64,000 bases of DNA from positions 41,664,001 through 41,728,000 of the forward strand of contig NC_135668.1 of NCBI RefSeq assembly GCF_964188315.1, in the 5' to 3' direction. Shown in pieces: positions 23,601 to 33,673 of the stretch (its first letter is position 1; the number at the start of each line of letters is the position of its first letter). The position numbers were made by a program, and so were the translations under genes. This DNA is from Podarcis muralis. Lineage: Eukaryota. The notes under the pieces are model-generated. The model was not told the DNA's origin and made no database searches. It saw only the letters and a program-made list of their open reading frames with translations.

Positions 23601-26399
23601 TGAATAATACTTTTGTATCATCCTGAAGTGCTTTCCAGTGATTACTGGCTCCAGGACAGAGGTGGGAAACCTGTGACCCTCAAGTTATCAATAGACTACA
23701 ACTCCCATCGTCCTTGACAATTGGTTATGCTGGCTGGGGCTGATGGGAGTTGTAGTCCAACAACAACTGGACGGCATGATGGTGGCAGCCCCTGGTCTAT
23801 GACATAAGAGCTGGACAGCATAAGCAGTAGATCTAATTATGTTGATCTATGGCAGACACTGATGTAAACAGCTGCCTCCTGCAGTTTTATAGAGTTTAAA
23901 TAGATGGTGATTACTGTTCCCATTCAATCTTCTCTCTCCAGAGCTAAATATATGTTTGTCAACCTATTTATATGCACTAGAACAGTGCATCCCGTTTATT
24001 GTGCAAATTCATCCAAGGTGCCTGTTTTTAAAGATTTTACCTCTGCTACAACATACGTACTTCATGTGAAAGAGACATACTTTTGCTGAACTGTGTGCAC
24101 ATATTTACACACACCTGGCTCTAGCTGTTAGATCTTGGGGGCTGTGTAAAATACAAAATAGTTCCAGAGAGCCTGAAGTCTTCTTAACCCTGGGCCAGAA
24201 GATCTCCTCCATAGGAACTGCCCTGACATCTGAATTAGGGATAATCTAACATTTCCAACAGAAATCTATGTTATCTCCCTATTACCTAAATATTACCCAC
24301 ATGTGCTTTTCATCCTAGAGCAGAAACAGCAAGGAGGAAAACAACACGGACCCTAGCATGGAACTTCTTGTTCAGAAACTTCGGAAGGTGATGCCAGAAG
24401 AGACCACCACATGTCAAGATAGGTTCCTTCAAGAAGGCAAAAAGCCAAGGTATGAAAACTTGAATTCTGTTGACGAATGACAATTTTGAATTTTTAAAAA
24501 TACGATACTCTAGTCTAGATGTTTCCAGGTGTGCTGTAACATCACGGTTTCATAGTTTGGCCAGAGAGATTATGCCTAGCAATAACCACCACCACTCTCC
24601 CCCCCCCCACTTACATTCAACATATGGATGGCTAATGAGTTAGCAGCCCTTTCTTGCCATTAACATCTGGCCATTCAGGCAGGGTAAAAGCAAAGGAAGT
24701 AGTAGAGACTGAATCTGCCATGGATGCTTCAGCTGAGATTTCTGCACTGCAGCGGGGTGGACTGGATGACCCTTGGGGTCCCTTCCAACTCTTAAGTTTC
24801 TATGATTCGATGAATCCTGTACATGTGAGAAAGCACTTCATCCCCGATGCTCTTAAGGTTGTCTAAAAGCTCACCCTCTTGTTCACATTTGTGGAGTATA
24901 TCCACATTATTCAAGCGTGCAGAAAAGCATTATGTGGCTGCTTCCCACTTACAGATCCCCTCCCCGCACATGTCTGCCAAAGCTCAGCTTACAGGATTCT
25001 GGAAAGCATGCTTGGACTGGCTTCTGGTGAATGCACTGGTTCAAGAGTAATGTTTGAATAACATATGGTCTCATATGGTGGTTGGTTGTTTGTATGTGTG
25101 TTATTTGGTTGAGAGTGGAGTACCTTTGAGGCTTTTAAATACTTGGGATCTATGGCTAACTTTAGGTATGCAGGGCAGTACCAAACAAAACCCACCACTT
25201 TTTTTTTTCCCTGGGCAGTGATCAGATGGGAAGAGGAAGCATTCAGAAGGTCTTTTTTAAAGTGTTCCTTGCTGGGAAGGGTAGTAAGGTTACTTTTGTT
25301 GTGTCTCTCACTGCTGCAAATTAAGCTTAATGCTCAGTTTCGCTTCCTTAATCTCCACATACCCTAACATTATGTTTCAGTTTTACTTCCTTGTTTGGGT
25401 GAAGAGTCTACAGAGCAAAGCAAGGGGAGTGGCTTTGGTCGGGTTTGAATTTCCTTTAGTTTAGTGCAAGGATGCTCCACCTTGTTTCACTCAATAAGTT
25501 TTGCCATCTGAGCTACATCATAGCCTAGCCCATGGGTAGGCAAACTAAGGCCCAGGGGCCGAATCCAGCCCAATCGCCTTCTAAATCTGGCCCACGAATG
25601 GTTCGGGAATGTTTTTACATGAGTAGAATGTATCCTTTTATTTAAATGCATCTCTGGGTTATTTGTGGGGCCTGACTGGTGTTTTTACATGAGCAGAATG
25701 TGTGCTTTTATTTAAAATGCATCTCTGGGTTATTTGTGGGGCATAGGAATTCGTTCTTTTTTCTTTTTCCTTTTCAAAATATAGTCCGGCCTCCCACAAG
25801 GTCTGAGGGACAGTGGAGCGGCCCCCTGCTGAAAAAGTTTGCTGACCCATGGCCTAGCCAGTCATTTTCTCCCTAAGTCTATTTTGTAATCCTTGCTTTT
25901 TCTCCCTTCAGTTCTCCCTCTGAGACGAGAAGAGACTTGGATCATGGAACCGAGGGTACCTGCGTCAATCAAATAGTTTATTTTTCTCACTTCCCCCAGT
26001 CGTTTTAGTGCAGAGCCCCAACAAGAGGACCACGTTAATTGTTGCCTCATCTCTTTCCTCGTCATAAAAAAAAGGCATGGTAGCCATTGCTCTTTTTTAC
26101 CACTCTGCTTGTGATTGTTTAATGCATTATTTGCTATGTTCATGGAAATCAAATCAGTAGCATTAAGATCTCAAATGCATTTTTCTCCCAATGCCTCTCC
26201 AATTTCAGTGACTGTCTGCCCAGGCTGATGCTTGCGTCCGGTATGAATAGAGTGCCGTTTTATTTTTGTAATCTTGACAGCTGATAAAATCACCCACCTG
26301 AAACAAAAAAGCTGTTTCCACTGTGGGAATCTTCTTAAAAGATTGAAAGATGAACTGACCTCTAAACGAAATCTGCCCATAATGCCCAGAGACTCTTGA
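14412..26399 (+). CDS. Uncharacterised multi-exon protein (about 677 aa). Exons: 14412-14476, 15699-15783, 16573-16752, 17997-18046, 21719-23078, 24319-24449, 25912-25955, 26281-26399
   Basis: All seven introns are GT-AG with matching phases (2,0,0,2,0,2,1), totalling 2034 nt without an internal stop. It includes a 1360-nt open exon (ORF 21675-23192). Start context is GCG-ATG-G in the CpG island. No homologue recognised; the small exons are less certain than the large one. Confidence 0.72.
14551..14633. repeat. Compound microsatellite (TG)n(TA)n(TG)n(CG)8
   Basis: 83 nt of uninterrupted pyrimidine/purine alternation. Confidence 0.95.
14970..15150 (-). mobile_element. Older Squam3/MIR-like SINE
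   Basis: Diverged similarity to the 32666 element (GGTTCAAATCCCC, GTGACTTTGGACCAGTC, CTCACAGGGT). Related decayed copies at about 17388-17580 (+) and 52600-52710 (-). Confidence 0.6.
16905..17290 (+). mobile_element. Decayed L2-type 3' fragment
   Basis: Diverged resemblance to the 4931 element. Other L2-like pieces at about 12390-12480, 40570-40800, 43740-43860 and 61100-61240. Confidence 0.5.
18859..19056 (+). mobile_element. tRNA-derived SINE (Squam2-like)
   Basis: GGGGTGTAGTTCAGTGATAGAGC tRNA-like head; 3' end ...AATGGTCTGATTCAGCGTAAGGCAG..TATGT. Related fragments at about 10155-10200 and 52990-53095 (-). Confidence 0.6.
20143..20385. mobile_element. Tigger-like MITE
   Basis: TIRs CACTGGTACCTCAGGTTA / TAACCCGAGGTACCACTG with TA TSD; same family as 54137-54362. 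Confidence 0.88.
20813..21171 (-). mobile_element. Sauria SINE, full length, different subfamily
   Basis: tRNA-like head GGGACGTGGGTGGC and ACCTTT tail; imperfect TSD CTGTGGGGTTA / CTGTGAGGTTA. Confidence 0.88.
25531..25851. mobile_element. hAT non-autonomous element
   Basis: TIR CATGGGTAGGCAAACT / AGTTTGCTGACCCATG, 8-bp TSD GCCTAGCC, internal tandem duplication. Confidence 0.88.
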
Positions 26400-27044
26400 A
26401 ATCGACGGGACTGAGCTCTGATTTTTTAAGACAGTTTAATCCCCAGTGTTGAAAGATTTTGAAATTGTCATTTTAAGAAGAGCCCTGCTGGATGAGAACA
26501 AAGGTCTGTATAGTCCCAGTAGCCAACAGATGCCTCTCACAAAAACTGCAAGAAGGACATGAGCAAAACAGCCCTCTCACAACCATTGTTTTCCAACAAC
26601 TTGTACTCAGTGGCATGTTGCCTCTGAACCGGGAGGTTGCAGATTGCCACTACATCTAGAAACCACTGACAGCATTACCCTTTATGAATCTCCCTCCCTT
26701 TTTAAAAACTATCTAAATGGATGACTCTCAACAGTAGCAAATCTGATAGTTCAACAATGCACTGTGTGATGTTCTTCTTTTCAGACCAGTGGTTCTCAAG
26801 GGGTGTGGCAGGAAAGGATGGCAAGTATTGCGGGAAGATTCAAGGGCAAGCAAAGAAACATTTAAACATTTCAGAGTAGCATAGTTGAAAACTTATTGTT
26901 TTGGAGGGGGGGGATATCTATCCATGTCTCTCTTCGAGAGCATTGGCTATTCTTCTACAGTTCTTTACGACGTATTGTTGTGAACAAGGTCTTCCGAATA
27001 TTAAAGATCAGAAAAGAGAAAGGGTTCTTTGTGTTGAGGAGATG

Positions 27045-27404
27045 GTAAGGTAAAGGTAAAGGTACCCCTGCCCATACGGGCCAGTCTTGACAGACTCTGG
27101 GGTTGTGCGCCCATCTCACTCAAGAGGCCGGGGGCCAGCGCTGTCCGGAGACACTTCCGGGTCACGTGGCCAGCGTGACAAAGCTGCATCTGGCGAGCCA
27201 GCGCAGCACACGGAACGCCGTTTACCTTCCCGCTGGTAAGCGGTCCCTATTTATCTACTTGCACCTGAAGGTGCTTTCGAACTGCTAGGTTGGCAGGCGC
27301 TGGGACCGAGCAGCGGGAGCGCACCCCGCCGCGGGGATTCGAACCGCCGACCTTTCGATCGGCAAGCCCTAGGCGCTGAGGCTTTTACCCACAGCGCCAC
27401 CCGC
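27045..27404 (-). mobile_element. Sauria SINE, young copy
   Basis: (ACCTTT)n tail, CpGs intact, perfect 12-bp TSD GTTGAGGAGATG (27033-27044, 27405-27416). Confidence 0.93.
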
Positions 27405-29214
27405 GTTGAGGAGATGAGTTTGTCTCAAATTAGACCTAATATCAAGGAGATTACCCAGCAAAAGCAAGTTCACACCTCTGAGTTTGTATACATACTTAAG
27501 GGGAAAGATGACCATCCAGGGGTCCTTTATCTTTTCTAAAAAAAACATAGCTAAGGTACATATGTAAGAGGTTCATTTATAATTATATTTTGGGAATGAT
27601 TCAAGTTCTTATGTAGCTGTGTTGTTTAATATCTTTTGAACGTCCCATGGTCATATTATAAAGTTATTGTCTTCTATGTTATAAATCAAGCACTGCTAGG
27701 AGTTGTTTGTTTTCCAATGTATTGCTTATCAATAAAAAATTTGGTGTGGCACAAGCAGATTTTTATTCTGAAAGTGTGGCTCAGAATTCCCTCCCCCCTG
27801 AACCACTACTTTAAACTGACTAGAATCTTCTACCAGGCTCAGAAATAAAGACAAAATACTGCTGTCTCCTTGAAAGAAGACAAAGTGTTTTTAAACTTTG
27901 GTCAGATTATGCCTTGTGTTTTGGAAACATGATTTTTAATGTTGTGCTGAAAGCTTGACCCTTGGGTAATATGATTTGACAAAGCTGAATAATGTAGTCA
28001 AAGAGAAATAAAAGCCAACTCTCCATAAAGCAGCTGCAATATATTTATTAGCATTAATTACTATATACATTACCATTTTTATAATATTTCTTTCTTTGTT
28101 TGTTTTTAAGTACCTCTGAAGTGTGCCATTTAATGCAACAATTAACGCTTATCCAAAACGGAAATAGAGTAAGAAAACATGGCTACTTAATAAAGGCCAA
28201 AGATTAGCAAACCCTTGGCTTCTATTTCAACACAGCAATTAACTCCAGCCAAGGATCTGGCTGTTACCTGATAGTCTGACCCTTCTACAATTTGAAAAAC
28301 CAAGGTTTCTGAGGATTCTGAGTAACTATATAGTTACAAACCTACCTCAATACGTCCTTTCTTCCACCCCCATCTCATTCCCAAAAATCTTTTTGTTTCA
28401 ACTTAATGACTTGAGCATCTACACGTTCGTTTTGAAGCATAATGCTATCAGCATTTTCCTGTCCCTTGCCGCTTATATTTATACCCAGTGAATACAGCAG
28501 GAGTAAGGAACCTGTGGCCTTCCAGATGTTGGACTCCAATTCCCATCAGCCCCACGCAGCAAGACCAACAGCCAGGGATGTTGGGAACTCTAGTCTTAAC
28601 AACGTCTGGAGGACCACAACTTTCCATCCCTGGATTTAAGTGGTTTCTATAGATGGCCATGGACTGCATGAACCATGGGCACCTATGGGCAGGGCTTCAC
28701 AGCTATGCCTCTAAGGTTCCATTGGCTTTTTGATTAGGAAGAGTTTGTTACAGCTCTCCTAAAGCAGCAATTAAAACAAAACAAAGTATATAGTTGGGAC
28801 ATGTATATAGGCTTCAGCATAAAGCCGTTCTTATCTAGTATGCAAAATCCAACCATCTGGCAGTGTAATCAACAAAAGTCAGATTCTGGGTTGAAGCACA
28901 ATACATGCCTAGTTTATACCCAGCAAGTCTTCAGGAAGATTTGGAGCAGCAGAGATAATTGCTCTAACATTATTTTTTTTTTGGGGGGGGGGGTTGTATT
29001 TGAAGACAGGTAATGTATCTTCCCTTCCTCAAGCACATACTGAGTTCTGGACAGGTAATCAACCAAGCCTCTCCATCAAAGAAGACTAGAAGGACTACAT
29101 TTCACTGCATACACTCTGCTATATGACTGAACCAGCACAGACCCAGGCAGTTACCATTAGGAATGATGTACTTACATGTTATTAAGTAAAACTGATAAAT
29201 AAAAGTTGCTTTTT

Positions 29215-29220
29215 TTTAAT
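29215..29220 (-). terminator. Candidate TMC7 poly(A) signal ATTAAA
   Basis: TTTAAT on the plus strand about 500 nt past the TMC7 stop, in a U-rich context; not demonstrated. Confidence 0.3.
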
Positions 29221-29477
29221 AAAAAAGTGAATGGCATTGAAAACAACACTGAGAACCTTTTACAAAGATCTTCCTGGTCAAGACAGGGAAGGCAGTTCAC
29301 AACAGTTTTAAAACACCCATGAAAAACAGGCTTAAAGTGTAAACAATGAAAATAAAGATACAACCTCACAAAGACCTCTACAATGGTAGAGATTCTGAGC
29401 ACGATTTTTAAGAGTCAATTCTGCACAAACAGAAATACAGAAATCCTGTATAATCCTGTATATGCCTAACAGGTCAA

Positions 29478-29557
29478 CATGATAAATGGCTCCCTGAGTT
29501 GATCAACAACTCACTTATGCACACCAGCCCCGGATCCGGACACAGATATTGGAACAG
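29478..29557 (-). pseudogene. Degenerate duplicate of TMC7 exon 15
   Basis: 29478-29528 is 39/51 identical to the 3' part of exon 15 (31106-31156). It keeps a TACAG|C acceptor at nearly the same spacing, has a CGA>TGA stop, and has lost the donor. Confidence 0.7.
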
Positions 29558-29719
29558 CTGTAGGAGGCCCACATCTACTGCAAGTTACACTGGTCCAAGA
29601 ATGAAGTTCCAAGTCACTTGGCTCAAGGTTCAAGGCACTAGATTTCTTCTCTTTTTAGCATCCCCTAAACAGCAGCTCCAAAAAAACGACTCCAAAGGCA
29701 GCAGGCATGAAAAGGCACC

Positions 29720-32700
29720 TCAGCTAAGTCTCTGAGCTTCAGTCAGCTTCCTGATCAGGAAGAGCTTGTCACGACTCTCCTAAGGCAGAAATTGGGTGGT
29801 GGGATGGGGAATACAAAAAGCAGAGCATTTAAAGTTCTCCTTCAATATAAAGTGCAAGTCCCCTACCAAGCAAGATCTAAACCAGAGTGGGGAGCCTATG
29901 GCCTCTCCAGATATTGCTAAACTCTTATCCCTGACCATTGATCAGGGGTCAGCAAACTTTTTCAGCAGGGGGCCAGTCCACTGTCCCTCAGACCCTGTAG
30001 GGGGCCAGACTATATTTTTGGGGGGGAAATGAACAAATTCCTATGCCCCACAAATAACCCAGAGATGCATTTTAAATAAAAGCACACATTTTACTCATGT
30101 AAAAACACCAGGCAGGCCCCACAAATAACCCAGAGATGCATTTTAAATAAAAGGACACATTCTACTCCTGTAAAAACACGCGATTCCCGGACTGTCTGCG
30201 GGCCAGATTTAGAAGGCAACTGGGCCGGATCCGGCCCCCAGGCCTTAGTTTGCCTACCCATGCCATTGATCATGCTGGCTGGGGCCAATGGGAGCTGGCA
30301 TCCAAGAACATCCCTACCCTTAACCTAAGCAAAAGTACAGTGATTGAACAGCAGTTGGCTCTGAATAAAGAAATGCATGCATATATTTTCATCTTTTTAA
30401 AAACTGTGTACTGCAGCCCTTTACTCTGCAACATGCAAACTGGCAGAAACTTTGGGTGACATCTTCCCAGAGGTCAGTTGGTCAAGGACAACCTTCCACT
30501 TCCCTCCAAATTCCTGTTGCCACTCCTTAGAGTGTGGCCACACTTAGAAGACTGTGTTCAGATACTTGCTCCATAATAAAGCCACAGGCTAATCCAGCCT
30601 AGTGCCCTCCAAATGCTGGGACTACAGCTCCTATCAGCCTTCACCAGGACAGCTAATGGGAGTTGTAGTCCAACATCTGGAGGGCACCAGGTTGGCAAAG
30701 GCTGGTGTAAGCCTTGGACTCCATGGGTTGCAGCTTGCCTCTGTGGCTCTCTCTGAAGCCCAGAAATGTATTTCTAGCCATCAAGATTGAAGCTAAAACA
30801 AAAACACAGTGCAACATTTTAAAGAGGCAGAATTTGTAAAACACACAGGGGGGAAGGGAAGCAACCCTGCCAAACTCTTGCAGAGTTCACTGAATGATAG
30901 TGGGGCCTAGGAGTTAATTACACAAAGCAACGGCCTTGGTTGACATCCCATGTGAGTAATCTGTCCAAGGTATTAATTTGACATCGTCCTATGATCCCAC
31001 AACAAATATTTAGCCGGTTAAAAAAAAAGATGGCTCTCATCACACAGGATAACTTGTGCATGCAGTATTTGGGGAGGGGAGATGAAACATCTGATTTAAA
31101 CTTACCATAACTAATTGTTCCCTGAGTTGATTAACAACTCGTTTATGTGCTCCGGCCAAGGCAATGAAATAAAACATAATAAGGCTGTAAAACAATGGAG
31201 AAATGCAAACATCAGGACAGTTTAATACCAATGCAGGCCCAAGTTTTGTAAAACAGCATCCAGAAGACTGAGATACATACGAAATAATAGTAAGGATTCC
31301 CAAGCTACCAAATGCAGGAACAACTTCAACAAGACAGATGAAGAGTTCCTCAAGCCCAGTAATCTGTCTCCAATAGCAATTTAATGTTTATCGTGGATGT
31401 TTAGGGCCATAAATGTATTAACTAACCAATGACTTTTTTCTGCATTTATCCAGGAAGCTAGTCCTTCCCAGTACAGGGCCAGTCAGCCTGGTGGCCTCCC
31501 AGTACAGGGCAGCTTCAAACGTACATGGGACATTCAACCCTAGCAAAGGCTGCAACACTGTCCACGCTGCTTTCTCCGCAGCAGATGCCTGCCAATGGTG
31601 ACCTCAGCAACTGAAGCTAAACAAGGGACTAGTATTCTAAGCTTGAGAAGAGGAATGGCCTTGTTTTTTTATTGAACTATAAGCTGCTCTCGGAGCCTTT
31701 GCCACTGAAGTGCAGGGCAAAAATCCTTTAAATAAACAAAGGAACAGCAGTGACATTAATAAAATAGTGCTTCTAGCACACAACTGCGGTATCATGCACA
31801 ATGTAAGAATACCGACTACAAAAACACTGCTCTATATAGTGCTAAGCGATTGTCAAGAGTTAGAGGGGGAAAGGGTGGCAGCTAGACACATTATTAAGAT
31901 ACAGTAGATCTTTTTTATTTTTACAAATGTACCTAACAATATCATATGGATATCATACTCGCAGAAACACCAGCAGTACGAACTGTTTCAACTAAATATC
32001 TCATGGTTGCAACTATCTAATGGTTGCTTATGCATAGCAGTGCTCAGCATCCCACCCCCCACCAAAAAATCTGGTACATTTACATTGAACATGATCCAAT
32101 AGCTGTGTACTGGGAACATTTTTCTATTGACCCCAGACAACACCGAAGAACAACATGGAAGAGATCAAGGCCAGCCTGGCCAGTGCTTACCAGACAACCA
32201 TAAAGAAAGGCACTGCAAACGCTTCCGACACAATGCCATTCAGAACCTTCTGCAATACTGGTGGAAAATGATGTGCCGTATGTTCTATGACATCCCACGA
32301 ACGGTTAACATTCACAAAAGGCCCACACGCTTTTGAGGAGGGAATGCTGTTTAAGCGAGGAAGGAAGGAAGCATGTGCAAGAAAATTACTATTAACTAAG
32401 CATATTAGTCATTTTTTTAATGCAAAAGTAACTCAAAATGACTTGAAACAATGACGAAGTAACGGATACATTAAAACCAGTATAAAACTAAAACAATAAA
32501 ATATAAAACTTGATCATATTTTTAAAAGACAGAACTAAAACATCCCACCTGCTGAAGAAGGCCACAAATAGTTAAAAGCCAAAGGCCTGTCATAAAAGGA
32601 ATGCTTTTGCCTGGTGACTAAATGATGGCACCAGGTGAGCCTCCCTGGGGAGAGCATTCCACAAGCAGGGAGCCAGTGTGGTGTAGTGGTTAAGAGCGGT

Positions 32701-33629
32701 AGTCTCGTAATCTGGGGAACCGGGTTCGCGTCTCCGCTCCTCCACATGCAGCTGCTGGGTGACCTTGGGCCAGTCACACTTCTTTGAAGTCTCTCAGCCC
32801 CACTCACCTCACAGAGTGTTTGTTGTGGGGGAGGAAGGGAAAGGAGAATGTTAGCTGCTTTGAGACTCCTTAAAGGGAGTGAAAGGCGGGATATCAAATC
32901 CAAACTCTTCTTCTCTTCTTCTTCAGGGAGCCACCACTGAAAAGGCCCATTCTTGTGTTGTCATCCTCCTGACCTCCCACAGAGGGGGGCACATGGAGAT
33001 GATGATAGAAGGGTCTAGGTTGATTCATATGAAGCCCTACTCCAGTGTCTTCTGATAGCAGGAGCCCCCATTCAGAAGGTAGGTGTGCCCCCACATCTGA
33101 AATGAGACAGGGGAGAGCCTTTCTGCTTGGAAACTCTCCCCCCAGAAAGGCTTATACGACACCTATAAAAATGTTTGTTAAGCACTAGGAAAATTCCCTT
33201 TTATTTTCCAAGGCTTTTTAGCTCGCATGTATTTTCCCCTGACCATTTCTACAGTGAAATAAGCTGTCATCACAACTTAGGATTTTGAACATTGGCACAT
33301 AAGTGGACTTGGATAGACCCAGGTGAAGCCCATTTCCCCTCCCAGCTACACAGTAACAGAGAGGCAAAGCTGTATTAAAAGGACTGCTTACTGCGTCATG
33401 CTGAGTCCCAACGGAATGAAAGCTAGAATGAGGCCAATCAAGAGCACCACCAGGAAGAAAAAGTTGGAGCTGGACGCTCTGAAGGGCCGCGTTGAAGGCT
33501 TGCATGTATGCATCAGACTAATCTGGAGAGAAGAGAAGAGCTCAGCCCAGGTGCCAGAAGTTTGGGCTCCTGGAAAGGAACTAGTTTTGCAAAGCGGGGA
33601 GGCACTTCGAAAAAAGCAGCAGGAAGGCC

Positions 33630-33673
<44 letters not shown>

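Noticed and set aside
26209-26240. Extra small exon (DCLPRLMLAS) in the unknown gene
   Set aside because: It would leave a 40-nt intron before 26281, too short for a typical vertebrate intron; the 25912-25955 exon already supplies the right phase.
29747-29762. Perfect 16-bp palindrome CTTCCTGATCAGGAAG
   Set aside because: Lies within the TMC7 last coding exon (FLIRK codons); no independent evidence of function.
32999-33055. Box C (ATGATGA) and box D (CTGA) as a C/D snoRNA
   Set aside because: Antisense to the host intron, no terminal stem adjacent to the boxes, no recognisable guide; expected by chance.
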